Origin: Phyllobates terribilis
Taxonomy: Eukaryota
Direction of reading: 5' to 3'
Length of the DNA stretch: 64,000 nt
NCBI RefSeq assembly: GCF_046119375.1
Contig: NW_027362772.1
Coordinates: forward strand, 279,000,001 to 279,064,000
Within the stretch, counting starts at the first letter, position 1; every line of letters starts with the position of its first letter. The position numbers were made by a program, and so were the translations under genes. Shown in pieces: positions 24,401 to 36,875 of this stretch. The notes below the pieces were generated by a model, which was not told the origin of the DNA, made no database searches, and saw nothing but the letters and a program-made list of their open reading frames with translations.

Positions 24401-26099
24401 CTAGTCCTTAAAAGGACTGCAATCACAACTATTCCCTACTCCCAAGCTATCTGTAGATTTGTGCGAAAATTGGCTTGAAATTAACAAGGTATAGCGCACA
24501 CAGCAACAGCGGTGCCGTCTAACACGCAGCTGCAGCAGTGAGAAAATGGTGGCGACGGGGAAAATGGCTTGGTCTTATAGGGCAAGGACATGTGACATAC
24601 ACTGCCAATGACACATGCCCTTGCTTGTGTGAAAAAAAGCACTTCGCTCCGTGTGTGCGCTGGTGATAGGCTGACAGATTGCACCTCCCCACTGCAAATG
24701 CGGGAAAGAGAAAAAAAAATGGAGATCTTCATTGTTCCTGCAGAGATCCATCCCCTGCCCCTCCCCCCACCCCGCTGTACACTCAAACTGCGTATTAACA
24801 TTAATTTTCATCATTACTGAGAAAAAATCCAGTTATGATTTTGGTGCACGAACAGTTATCGAACATAACCTCGAACAGCCGAATTTTTCTCAAATTGTTC
24901 GTGTTCGCCGAACGGCTCGAACACCGCCCAAAACAGCTCGAATTTGAGATTGGCGAACAGTTCGAGTAGAACAACGCTCATCTCTAATCCTGATGCATTT
25001 AAAACCACCTGCGGCATGGAGGTGGGGGTGGAGTGCTCAGTCAACGTTGAATCTAGTAACAAAGAAAATGACGGCACTTCCACTACAAAAACTAGGTGTG
25101 AACAGGTGCTTACTAAGAGCAGCTACCTCCATATATAATGAATATATATGGAGGTAGCTGCTCTTAGTATTCATTATATATTGAGGTTGCTGCTCTTAGT
25201 AAGCACCTGTTCACACCTAGTTTTTGTAGTGGAAGTGCCGTCATTTTCTTTGTTACTAGATTCAGCGTTGACTGAGCACTCCACCCCCACCCCCATGCCG
25301 CAGCTGGTTTTAAATGCATCAGGATCTGTCTTTCCCACACATAAGCAGACGGAGGTCTCTTAGAGAGGTATTCACATTGGTAGGTCCTGACATTGAGAAA
25401 CGCCTTACCGCGGCTGTCAGGTACACATGAATTGGCAAATTTATGCGCTAAGATTTCTCATTTATTTACAGCAGTAATGCTATTCATTTTCCATACTTCA
25501 TATTTACATGCGCTAAAAAAAAATTAAAACATTTTTTTTCATTTATTTCTATTTTCTTCAGCAGTTATGCTATTCATATTTCATATTTCATATCTATATA
25601 CTCAGTGTTACAGTGTGCTACTTTATTTGTTCATTATATATGGAGATAGCTGCTCTTAGTAAGCACCTGTTCACACCTAGTTTTTGTAGTGGAAGTGCCA
25701 TCATTTTCTTTGTTACATACCTCAATGTAGTCAGTCAGCTTCCTTAGCTTGCCGCTACCCTCTCTCTGTGGGTGTCCGCCAAAAGCTGAGTGCTATTTGT
25801 TGGGCTAGTTGGCCCTGGATGCCTCGAATTCACAGATGTTGTAATCCCTGGCGAGTCAGCGGAAGGGTGAGACTCTGTCATTTGCACCATCTTGTGTATT
25901 TGCTGGGACTTTACTATATGTTATTGATTGTTGGTGATCCAATAAGGTATTACCACAGTGTGTTACCCTCACCCTCTGTTGTGTGAGTAGTATTCTGCTC
26001 ACGGGGAAGGAGAGCGGACGTTTGGTGGAATCGCCCTGGCCCATGCTGTCTTTCTGAAGACAGCCAGGACAGTGGGCGAAAGCACCCACTGACCCTTGT

Positions 26100-26886
26100 G
26101 TCTCCATAATGATGCTTCATTTGAGAATCCCAGTGCATGCTGGGATATTCAAACAAGTTGTCATCAGGAGGCAGGTGCTGCAGTCACTGCCGCAGTCACT
26201 GCCCCTCCGTGAAACAAAGCATCATCAGTGACCTCTATTTCAGGGGCTGGGCTAGTTTCTTACACAGTTTCTTGCAATATGCATAGTGACAGTATACTTG
26301 CTCGCTGGCTCTGCTCAGAAGTAACGAGCTGGCAAAAGAGCAAACTGTAAGTGCGTGTTGTAAGAATACCCGACGTGAAGGAAAAGCAGAGACCAGCACC
26401 GCCCTCACAAGAAACATCACTTGCGGGGGTAGTGCTGGTCTCTACACTCTGAGTACTTCTGATTAGAGCCGGTGAGCAAGCGCACTGTCACTGTGCACAT
26501 TAAGCAGTAACAAGAATCTACTGAGCATATGTCGGAATTAACAACTAACGCATGCTCAGTAGAGCAGGGACTAGACCAGCTCCTGAAACGGACGTCACTG
26601 ATGACGTTTCATTTCAGGGAGGGGCCAAAGCCTGCGACAGTGATGGCAACCTCTGCCCCCTGATGACAGGTAGTTTAAATATCCCAGCATGCACTGGGAT
26701 TCTCAAAAGAATTGTCATTAAATAGGAAGTAGTAAAAATATAAGTAAAGCGGTTAGATAGCGTAGTGAGGGAACGGTAGGGACTTTTTAATTTGAGTATA
26801 TTAGAAAACAGTTTAAATTATTACTTTAAATAGATAGGCATTTAGGAGGATTAAAATAAATTTTAATTTTGGGATTACCTCTTAAA
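26100..26886. mobile_element. Probable TTAA-type (T2/Kolobok-like) MITE remnant with an internal inverted repeat; left bound uncertain
   Basis: CCCAGTGCATGCTGGGATAT at ~26129 is inverted against ATATCCCAGCATGCACTGGG at ~26679. The right end reads GGATTACCTCTTAA. A related end is at ~4430-4540. Confidence 0.4.
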
Positions 26887-27164
26887 GATTTTCCTAGTTC
26901 ATTTTCAAGGAGAGAAATTAGATCAGCTACAAGTCTTTAGTGACTTTATGTAGAGTTAAAATGCTCAATAAACATCAAAATAACCACAAATATCAACATA
27001 GAGCAAAACCTATGCACCACTGCCCGGATGATTATGCGACATTCTAGCTATTTTCCTAGATAGTAGATGTTTATTACTTTCACATGTGGACTCCATTATT
27101 AATGATATTGACATGTTTAGCATTCTTTTTGCATCGTGATCTTATTTAGCGTCTTACTTTTTGT

Positions 27165-27170
27165 TTTATT
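27165..27170 (-). terminator. Candidate polyadenylation signal of the NNMT-like gene
   Basis: AATAAA on the minus strand, ~125 nt after the stop codon. Confidence 0.55.
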
Positions 27171-27294
27171 TTTGAGTTTTCAGATTCAGCTCAACAAAAA
27201 AACTGATATTTTGGCATTATATGCTTTAAAGTATGAACAAGTATGTACAAATATACAAGTATTTCCAAGAAAGGGATGCCTCAAGAATTTGGCG

Positions 27295-27724
27295 TTACTT
27301 TGGTTTACAGGCATGAATAAAATATTTACCTCCAAAGTCAGCAACATTTCTAGCTGATTTATCCACACGTGGCGCAAACGCTGCTTTTTCGATTTGGAAA
27401 CCGGCATTTTTGAAGGCCGTCTCTAGAGTTTCTTTTTTTGCGGTCAGTGCACTAAATTGTTTTTTACCAACGTGATAAAAAGTGGCATTCAGTGTACCCA
27501 TGATCAAAGCATGACCACCAGGTTTTATCAAGTTCTTAAAATTTTTCAGTACTTCACAGTATGACTTCATGTCTTTACACGCGGCTTCAAGACAAAGACA
27601 AGACAGGAGACAATCCACCGGCGGCACAACGACAGGGTCGAAAGGGTTTCTTTTCAGAGCGTCACATTTCAGGACTTCTTTCACCTTACCACGGAGATTT
27701 TCTATCTTTTTCTCATAATTCTCC
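27295..27724 (-). CDS. NNMT-like: NNMT/INMT-family N-methyltransferase, coding exon 3 (last)
   Basis: Acceptor TTTCAAG|G, phase 2. Encodes ENYEKKIENLRGKVKEVLKCDALK...DCLLSCLCLEAACKD...LIKPGG, homologous to human NNMT exon 3. TAA at 27295-27297. Confidence 0.93.
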
Positions 27725-28159
27725 CTTGAAACAAAAAAAGAATAAAATGAATTTGCTTATTTCTATTCTTTTCAACTCATAATTGATACTAGAACAAAAT
27801 GTGACATATGTCCTACAAGGCAATTTGGACATCATGGAGGTGATTTTTTTGCTCAAGTTCTCCCTCGGAGTGTTGAGCCACAGTATTATGTATTGTAAGT
27901 TTCAGTCCAAAATTGTGAACAGGGTGCAATGATCGCGGTCGAAAACGGTGCTGGAGGGAGGCAAATACACAGGAGGACACACATCTAGCTTAAGTGTATG
28001 AACCCTCCGGCTCCCTGCACTGCATGGGTCACCATAGCAGGCCCACCAATGTCAACTGCCGGCCTCTATGCCGGCTACAGAAGAGGACACCACACATTGT
28101 GGGATCGAAGAAAATTGAGTAGAAAATACATATATATATATTTTCATGCAGAGACAGAA

Positions 28160-28580
28160 AAGTGGACATATATACCAAAAAGGGGCCCAGTATGTAGAAC
28201 ATATATAAATATCAGGAAGGAGCCCAGGATGGCAGACATATATACCTGGAAGAGGCCCAGGTTGGGGGACATATATACCAGAAAGGGGAGCAGGATGGGG
28301 GACATGTATACCAGGCAGGCGGACATATATACTAGGAAGAGGCCCAGGATGGAGGACACATATACCAGGATGAGGGACATATATACCTGAAAGTTGGGCA
28401 TGTATACCAGGGTGGGGATATATATACCCAAAAGGGACCCAGGAAGGGGCCCAGGAAGGTGGACATATATACCCAAAAGGGACCCAGAATTGGGGAAATA
28501 TATACTAGGATGGGGGACATATATGACTGGAAGGGGCCCAGAATGGACTGACATATATACTTGCAAGGGGCCCAGTATGG
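28160..28580. repeat. Degenerate ~20-25 bp minisatellite (GGACATATATACCAGGA type)
   Basis: Repeated GACATATATAC...AGGA motifs. The same motif recurs at 40455-40716 and 42030-42090. Confidence 0.75.
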
Positions 28581-29375
28581 GGGACATTACTACATAATGA
28601 AGGGGGGCAAACACATATGTCTTTATAGGATTTAGAATGCTACAAGGGCCCATGCATCTGACCAACATGCAGGTGGGAGCCCAGGTCCAAATTCTGGAAA
28701 TTTTGCAAATTGGACTCTAGTTACGCCACTGACTACAGGTCTCCTGACCCAAACTTAACAGCCTCATCGGCATATATGAGGCTGTTAAGTTTGGGTCAGG
28801 AGACCCATGGCCATTCCAAACTTCATAGTCTGTGCTCGGACTGCAAATGTTGGAAATTTGATAAATGGATTAGAGTAACTTCCATTGTGGCACATTCGAG
28901 AAGCTCATGTGTTACATAAATGACCATTCATTTGAATGGCCGCCATGTAATTCTACACTCCTCCTCCAGTTGCCGCTGCAAGTGAAATTTCTGACAGGTG
29001 GTTGCAAAATCAACACCAAAGGGGAGTTGTCTTCTGATTCGGCATTTTGCCAGATATTTTATTTATAAGACTATTTTACAGAATTTTGACTTTTATGATC
29101 AAATCCGTTTTCTGATTTCTCCAGGGCTGAAATGATGCATCAGGATGCATAACGGATAAGTAATGCCTTTAATGGCATCCCTACCTTCTTCTTGGGTGCT
29201 TTTTAATTGGTAACCGGTTTAAGCCTTATCTTTAACTTATCTTCCTTGTGATTTTTTTATGGCAGCTCTGTTTGACTCCTCTATATTAGCGCCAGCCCTG
29301 CACAAAACTTTCTGATACTCACAGACTTTATTGTAATGTATAAAGTTATTGTAAACCTGAAAAAGGAATCAATAC

Positions 29376-29583
29376 CTATTTCCTTCCAGTTCACATACAA
29401 ATTTGATGACGTGAGTCCAGTCAAAAGCCTTCGGATCCTTCTTCAGCCATCTTTGGAATTCGGCATGATTTTTCTCATTTAAATCTGAGACAATGATGTT
29501 ATCAAACACTTCACAAGCCGAAAGGAGTTGATAAATGGAAGCTCCGGTGCCAACATCAAGCAGCGTGTCCCCTCTTACTCCAC
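29376..29583 (-). CDS. NNMT-like: NNMT/INMT-family N-methyltransferase, coding exon 2 (208 bp)
   Basis: AG/GT boundaries. Encodes GVRGDTLLDVGTGASIYQLLSACEVFDNIIVSD...WLKKDPKAFDWTHVIKFVCELEGNR (SAM-binding motif I). Phases fit exons 1 and 3. Confidence 0.95.
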
Positions 29584-31782
29584 CTTACGAGATAACAGAA
29601 CATTTAGATGTCAGGTTAGAAAAAAGGAATATTATTGAGAATGACAAATTACTGCTGAAATCCTAAATAGGTGAAAAGGGGGATTCAAAAATAATACCTG
29701 TTTTTTGGGGGGTCTTAATTAATTTAGTGGCTTGGTCTAGTGGCTGATTTAATTCAGGGTCAGGTGTATGGTTGGGTTTTATTCAATAGGTCTTCTGTCT
29801 TAAAGGGGCAGCTATGTCTTTGCCTAGCTTCAGGAGTGAGCCAGTCCCCAGCTCCTTGCCAGCGGCGGTACGCTTCTAATTGATAGGCAGGAGTTGTCGG
29901 GAGATGTGACATGGAATCTGAGAAGACCTTTATGGAGATTCACGCGGGCAACTGGGCAAGTCTTTGGAGTGGATGCCACTCTGCTTCTCCGCTAAACAAG
30001 ACCCGGTTATCATGGGAGCATATGGGAGGAAACTGTAGGTCTGCATGGGTGTGGCTACCTCTGCTCAGAGACTGCTCTTGCTCCTTAGAGGAAGTCAGGG
30101 AGGGGTAAGTGCTCCAACTCCTGACCAGTCTTCAGAGCTTGCAAAGAAATGAGAGAGCTGCACATGCACTGCCACCTCTCCATTCCTGCAAGTCCATGCC
30201 ATGGCTCCATTAAGTTTGCCAAGAGCAGGTGCGCTTCTGATTGACTGGTTGGAGGTGTCTTGAGCTGACAGGACATGTGACAGGGAGTCCGAGGAGACAG
30301 CTGCTGGTTCCAGAAGTGGTTGTTTCATCCATTGAATATTTATGATATATCGTATTGATTTACCATAAGTCTCCTGTCACACCGTAAACGGCAAAAACGG
30401 GAAATGGCTGAGAGTTGGTGACGCGCCCCTGGGCCTGCTGTGTCGCGCAGCGTCTCGCGCACGGGGGCTTACCCGGAACCGGATCAGATGAGGGTTGTAG
30501 TCTCCGAGTGGCGGGGACCCGGTCCGTGCCCAGGGGGTCAGACTCAGTGTGTGGCAGTCTTGATAGATGTTATTTGAGTGTCGACTACGCCACCCATTGA
30601 TTTGCAGCTATGGAGCTGCCGCTGCAGGGCAGACCGCTGAGGCCGGTGTAGAATTGTGCAGCATGATAGTATAACCCCCAACGGGAGGGGTATGGCCTCA
30701 GGGCAGCCGACGTGGAAGATGGGGGTAGCAGGAACCACTCAGAGACGGTGCGGTGTAATTCAGGGTCTTTACTGGTAACAACGATAGACCCTCCCGGAGT
30801 ACTTGCTAGCGAACGGGGCCTGGTCAGTCCTTGAGCAGATGGGATCTCCCCTGGCCAGGCGGAGTTGTAGGCCTCCCAAACTGACTGTACTCTTCTGGCT
30901 ACCTTGCTAGAAGCGGATATAAGTAGCCCACGTCCCTGAGTGTACCGTGTGGTGCTCACCCGTATGGCCGGTGACTCGGGGCCTTCTATTGGCTTCCGCT
31001 CCACGATGGCGGTGCTGGTCCCACACGTGTGACCGTGCCTTCGGGTTTCTGGGCCTGAGGACCTGAAATCCCCTGCCGGTCGGCTTCTGCTGCTGGGTAA
31101 GAGTTAGTCCCCACAGCCTCGGACGCCGGGTCCGGTAAGAAAGCTTCTCAGTCAGGGCGAGCTCTGCAGCTGCCAGCCCCTGACTCGTAGTAGTATTGCT
31201 CCCACTGAGCTCCAGCTGTTTCTTCCTATGACTGTCTCTTGTCTCTACTCTCCTTGACTCCTAACCCTGCTTCAGCCCCGGGTTTATATAGGGGAAGTTC
31301 TTCCCCTCCCAAGACTGGGCAGGAGGTGTGGCATGCACAGGATCCCTGACCAAAGGACCTCCCACCTGCTCTCAGACATAACATCTCTATCACTGTGGCA
31401 ACCAGACCCCTGGGGTGTCACATTCCCCCCTAGTGAAATTTAGTACTCCGGGACTAAACATATTTTAGAAAAACATAACAAGATAAAAACAATAATAATA
31501 CAATAAGAAAAACATATAAAGATGGTTACGGCATGTCCGTAACCGGGTGCAGTCTTTGAAGAAAAGCAAGGTGTCCATTTCACCAAAACAGGGAGACGTA
31601 ACCAGGTAGGGGTTTGTCCTACCCCGAGTCCTTAACAGTCTTTAGTCCGTCCTGGGTTACGCTCCAACTATGTACAAGGATTCCCGGTAAATCCACCAAG
31701 GACTCCTACAAATAACTAGAAACACAAAATTATACACAAGCAACAATACACAGGTAAACATAAATAAAACAATTTATACACT

Positions 31783-34700
31783 TCAAATCCTCCACCGTGC
31801 GGGTAACTGGCCTCTAGTGGCCCTAGTGGACCTACGGAGCGGACTGCCTAGCCCTGAACTACAGGGTGTAGGAGCTGTCAAGGGTAAACTGGGCAGCTGT
31901 CTACCGGCTCTTTGGCTCACTAGGGATATGGCAGGCTCACTGCAAGCAGAGGGTTGATCCTCCTGGTCTGCGGGTGTGGGGTCTTCTGCCTCCTGGACCG
32001 GCTGTTCTTCCAGCTCTACCTGTTGCTCCGTAAGTGCTTGGGATGCTGGTTGGAGGAAGGTGAGTACGGGTACCACAACTGCACCATTGACTTGAGTCCA
32101 AGACCGAGGGAAGTCCCCGAGCACAGTACTAACCATATCTTCCCTTTCCTCTACGGGTCGATGGTCTTCTTGTTCCTCTTCAGGGTTCCTCAGTTGTTCG
32201 GGACACTTCTTCAGGTGGTCCCGGGATACAATAGCTGTGGTTTCCCCTCCGTCTTTACTGATGGTACAAACCTTCGGGTTCTCGTGGCTTGAGGGCAGTA
32301 CGGTGTACGGGTCCTTTTCCCACTGGTCGTCCAACCTGTGGAGCCGTCTCTTCCTCTTCAAGACCTGCTCTCCGGGTACCAGGGGAACAGCGGGAGCATA
32401 CTGGTTGTAAGTTTTCTCTTGTCTTTCCCTAGCCTGACAGAGACTTCGCTCCACGCTGTCCTGTACTCTCCGGTACTGCTGGTGCCTCTCCGTGTCCCAG
32501 TCTGTTTCTGGTGAAGTGTCCTCGGGTGTCAGGACTCCCATTTCCAGGTCAACAGGTAACTTACCAGGTCTTGCCCTCATTAGGTAAGCCGGGGTACAGT
32601 TGGTGGAACCTACCGGGATGTGGTTGTATAGGTCCACCAGATCGGGCAACTTCTCAGGCCACAGACTGCGTTCTTCCAGGGGCAACGTTTTTAAAAGATC
32701 CATTACCACCTGGTTCATTTTCTCACAAAGTCCATTAGTTTGCGGATGGTAGGGTGTCGTCCTTATCTTCCGGCAGCCATACAGATTGCAGAATTCCTGG
32801 AAGACCTCCGCTTCAAAGGCAGGTCCCTGGTCCGTCAGCACTTGGTCCGGGTACCCGTGTGGACGGCAAAAGTGCTGCTGGAAGGCTCTAGCTGCTGTTT
32901 GAGCCGTTAAGTCCTTGACGGGGACGACAACCAAGAACCGGGAGTAATGATCCACGATGGTTAACGCGTAGACGTAGCCACTTCTGCTTGGGGTCAGTTT
33001 TACATGATCCAAGGCTACCAGTTCCAACGGTTGCCGGGTGACGATGGACTGCAGGGGAGTCTTCTGGCTGACACGGTCCTTCCTTCTCAGGTTGCACGGG
33101 CCACAGTCTCTGCACCACTTCTCAATGGTTCCCCTCATGCCTACCCAGTGGAATCGCTCGCGCAGCAGGAACTCCAGCTTCTTCCACCCGAAGTGTCCAG
33201 CTCCGTCGTGGTATGCCTCCATCACCATGGCTGCGTCTCTTCGTGGCACCACTACTTGCCAGAGTAGTTCATGCGTCCGGGAGTTAACCATTCTGCGGCA
33301 CAACTTCCCCTTGTAAAGGAACAGTCGACTCTTCTCTGCCCATAGTTGTTTGGCTTCCTCCGGAGCGTCTGGTTCAAGGCAAGCCTCCGGGCGAGTCAGC
33401 ATCTCCTTCACCAGTCGGACGGCAGGGTCGCTGTCTTACGTTTCCGCCCAGTTGTAGTGAGGTAAGGGGTTCAACGTAGCAGCCTGCTTACTCCTTACCC
33501 GGTGGGAATACTGGATAGTCCCATGACGGTGGAATGCAGGGAGTTCAACTTCTTCCAGTCCCTCCGGATCTTCTCCTTCGTCCGGCAGGTTGGGCATCCT
33601 GGACAGGGCATCCGCGTTGGTATTGGAGCGTCCGGCCCGGTATTTGATTGTGAACTCGTAGTTGGACAGACGGGCTATCCACCTCTGCTCCAGGGCACCG
33701 AGTCTTGCCGTGTCCAGGTGTGTCAACGGGTTGTTATCCGTGTACACGGTGAACCGGGAAGAAGCGAGGTAATGCTTAAAGCGCTCGGTGACTGCCCATA
33801 CTACTGCCAGGAACTCTAGCTTAAATGAGCTGTAATTCTCGGGGTTCCTTTCGGTGGGTCGCAGTTTTCGGCTGGCGTAGGCGATTACTCGTTCCTTCCC
33901 CTGCTGGATCTGGGACAGTACGGCTCCTAGCCCGATGTTACTGGCGTCGGTGTAGAGGATAAAGGGCTGGCTATAATCCGGGTACGCCAGGATTTCGTCC
34001 CCCGTGAGGGCCATCTTCAGCTGGTGAAAGGACTCTTCTTCCAACTCCTCCCATTTGAAGGGCGGCTTCTGGTTCTTGGCCTTCCGGGACTGGCCTATCA
34101 GGAGGTCCTGCATAGGTGCTGCCTTTTTGGTGAAACCGGGAATAAACCTTCGGTAGTAGCCTACCAACCCGAGGAACTGCCGCACTTCTTTTACGCTGGA
34201 GGGGCTTGGCCATTCCTTAATTGCGGTGATCTTATCAGGGTCGGGAGCCACTCCGTCAGCGCTCACCACGTGTCCCAGGTACTGCACCTTTGGTTTCAGG
34301 AGGTGACACTTGGAGGGTTTCACCTTTAGGCCGTAACTCGCCAGAGCTTCGAACACTTCCGCCAGGTGTTTCAGGTGGTCCTCATACGTCTTGGAATATA
34401 CGATGACATCGTCCAGGTACAACAAGACCATCTCGAAGTTTCTGTGGCCCAGACAACACTCCATTAGTCGTTGGAAGGTTCCTGGTGCGTTGCAGAGTCC
34501 GAACGGCATGCAGGTGAACTCGCTAAGTCCCATCGGGGTGGTGAATGCGGTCTTCTCCCGGTCCGCCTCTGCTACAGGAACCTGCCAGTACCCGCTAGTG
34601 AGATCCAAGGTAGAGAAGAAGTTAGCAGATCTTAAAGCAGCCAATGACTCCTCTATCCTTGGTAAGGGGTACGCATCCTTGTGTGTGATACGGTTGATTT

Positions 34701-35838
34701 TCCGGTAATCTACACACATCCTCATGGTGTTGTCTTTATTTCTGACTAAGACTAGTGGAGCTGTCCAGGGGCTACAGCTATCCCTGATCACCCCAGCCTC
34801 CTTCATGTCTCTAAGCATCCCCTTGGCGTGTTGGTAGTGGGCAGGGGGTACGGGTCGATACCTCTCTTTTATAGGAGGATGGTCTCCCGTGGGGATGTGG
34901 TGTTCTACCCCCTTGACTCGCCCGAAGTCTAACGGGTGTTTACTGAACACTCTCTCGTACTCCTGAACCACCCGATAGACTCCTTGTTTCTGGTGTGAGG
35001 GAGTGGAGTCAGTACCCAGATGTAGTTGCTGACACCAGTCCTCCATGTTTTTCTTAGAGCCGTTACCTTCCTCCGGGTGAGATGGAGGCAAGGGTTCCAC
35101 AGATTGTATAGAATTTTGGTTAATGGTATATAATTTGGCTAGCGTGGCATACCGGGGCAGGTACACTTCCCTCTCCCCGATATTTATTATGCGAACGGGC
35201 ACCCTCCCATGGCGTACATCAACCACCCCCCGTGCTGTCAAAATGGTGGGCCTACTGTCTGAGTAAACTGGTTCTACCATTGCCTGGTAATCCCTACCTC
35301 TCAGACCAATAGCTGCCCGGCACCAAATCATCATTTCACTTTTTGGGGGCATGGCAATAGGAAAAGGGTCACACATTCTTACGCTACCAATCTCACCGCC
35401 GGAGAGTTCCACCTGTTGCCGTCGCATCAGTGCCCGGATCTCTTTCTGGAGCACCCGCTGCTCGCCGGAGCTGGCGTTCTTGGCAACCTGCTGTAAAAGG
35501 AAAATCACCTCTGCAAGACAATTTTCAATTACATTAGTTCCTAGAGTTATTTTTGGGTGACTCTCATGTTTGTCAATATCTACAATGATCAGTCCCTGTG
35601 CTGCCAGTTCGACTCTACCAATTTTGATGGTCACCTCTTTAAATCCGATCTGTGGCACGGGCTGGCCATTGCTGGCGATGATACTCAAGTCGTCGTCAGG
35701 GTAGCGGGTAATATCCGAGTCATTCCAGTACTGCTTAAAGAGCACGTACGGGATGGTGGTGACCTGCGACCCGGTGTCCAGTAGGGCACTCATGGGAATG
35801 CCATCCAGTACCACCGGCAAGACTGGACGTCCTCCCAC
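31783..35838 (-). pseudogene. Pol of element B (PR-RT-RH-IN), split by one nonsense mutation
   Basis: LDTGS, YLDD and YTDAS are in 33436-35838; integrase is in 31783-33411. CAA>TAA at 33436-33438, where C reads AETQDSDP. Confidence 0.93.
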
Positions 35839-35894
35839 ATATCTGTCGCGCCAGTTCGATGGGCCTGGTGATCTTTTTCCTGGGGGTTGGCCCT

Positions 35895-36875
35895 CTACCC
35901 CAGGTTGTGCCCATTTAAAGAACAGTACCTTGCCATATGTCCGGGTTGATTGCAGCGGCGGCAGATGGGTCGTCCGTCCTCGCTGTATCGGTCACTGGGT
36001 CTTCCTCTGGCCGGTGGGGTCCTCCTTGGTCGACGCCACGGGATGTCCTCCGGTCCGGATGCCAGCTGGATCTTCCCTGGGGTGGAAACCTGTAAAGACT
36101 GCACAGTTCGGGTTAGCGCAGCAACGCTCTTAGCTAGCTCTTGGACCTGATGGTGTAGGTCTGGAGCCGGGTCATTGTCCAAAGCCTGCGCATCAGCTCC
36201 CACAGGCCCTGCCGACAAGGGCGCCGCCTCCTGGTGGTAAGTAATAGCTGGGCGCCTGTGGGTCATAACGCCACCCGGTGCCGGTTCTCGGAGCACCCGG
36301 ATGGCTCTGTCCTTGAACTGTGCAAAGCCCAGATGGGGATCCTGTAAGGCCATCGCCCGCAACTGGGTTCGGTGGGCATTACAATACAGTCCCTCTATAA
36401 ATTGTTCAGTCAACAGCCTGTCCTCGTTTCCCACTCCATCAGGGTCGGTCTGCTTAATGGCCCTCAGGGCCTCTTGTAGGTTTAGTGCATAGTCCCTTAT
36501 ACTCTCATGCGCTCGCTGCTTGCACCCGTAGAATCTAAGCTTAATCTCGGCTGAGGTGCAGGTATCAAAGGTATCCTTCAGCCGGGTTAGTATCCCTGCG
36601 ACAGTATTCCTCCCAGGTGGCCAGGATTTTACTTCCCTTTTAGCTGCCCCGGTTAGTTGGGCCACCAGGATGCTCACTTTTTGCTCTTCTGTGAGGGGGT
36701 ACACCTGGAAGAGGCTATCCAGCTTTTCTCTAAAGTCATGCAGGGTAAGTGACTCCCCTGAGTACTGGGGTAGCCAAGCTGCTCCCGGGATATAGGGCAT
36801 GGTGAAGGGCATAACTGCAGCAGCGGTGGCGCTGGCGGGGGTTGAGGCAGTGAAGCTCTCCTCCGTATCCGACAT
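35895..36875 (-). CDS. Gag of element B, 326 aa, with a CCHC knuckle
   Basis: Intact ORF ending CRRCNQPGHMARYC; nearly identical to gag of C. Confidence 0.92.
   Translation of the reverse strand: MSDTEESFTASTPASATAAAVMPFTMPYIPGAAWLPQYSGESLTLHDFREKLDSLFQVYPLTEEQKVSILVAQLTGAAKREVKSWPPGRNTVAGILTRLKDTFDTCTSAEIKLRFYGCKQRAHESIRDYALNLQEALRAIKQTDPDGVGNEDRLLTEQFIEGLYCNAHRTQLRAMALQDPHLGFAQFKDRAIRVLREPAPGGVMTHRRPAITYHQEAAPLSAGPVGADAQALDNDPAPDLHHQVQELAKSVAALTRTVQSLQVSTPGKIQLASGPEDIPWRRPRRTPPARGRPSDRYSEDGRPICRRCNQPGHMARYCSLNGHNLG

Larger units (their letters stand above)
6989..24986 (+). mobile_element. hAT DNA transposon (BED-finger transposase), ~18 kb including nested insertions
   Basis: 8-bp TSD ATCCTGAT at 6981-6988 and 24987-24994. 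Termini TAGTGTTGAGC/GCTCATCTCTA. Subterminal GTTCG/CGAAC repeats. Transposase fragments inside. Confidence 0.92.
5118..25616. repeat. Long inverted-repeat (foldback-like) element. Left arm is 5118-5312 + 6885-6988 + 24995-~25140, interrupted by the Tc1 and the hAT; right arm is ~25148-25616
   Basis: The right arm is the reverse complement of the reassembled left arm. It shows the empty sites CATGTGTACCT (Tc1) and GACAGATCCTGATGC (hAT). The centre is GCTACCTCCATATATAATGAATATATATGGAGGTAGC. Confidence 0.8.

Noticed and set aside
27998-28668. Tyr/Ile/Pro-rich ORFs here and at 40233-40818
   Set aside because: They are translations of the GGACATATATACCAGGA minisatellite.
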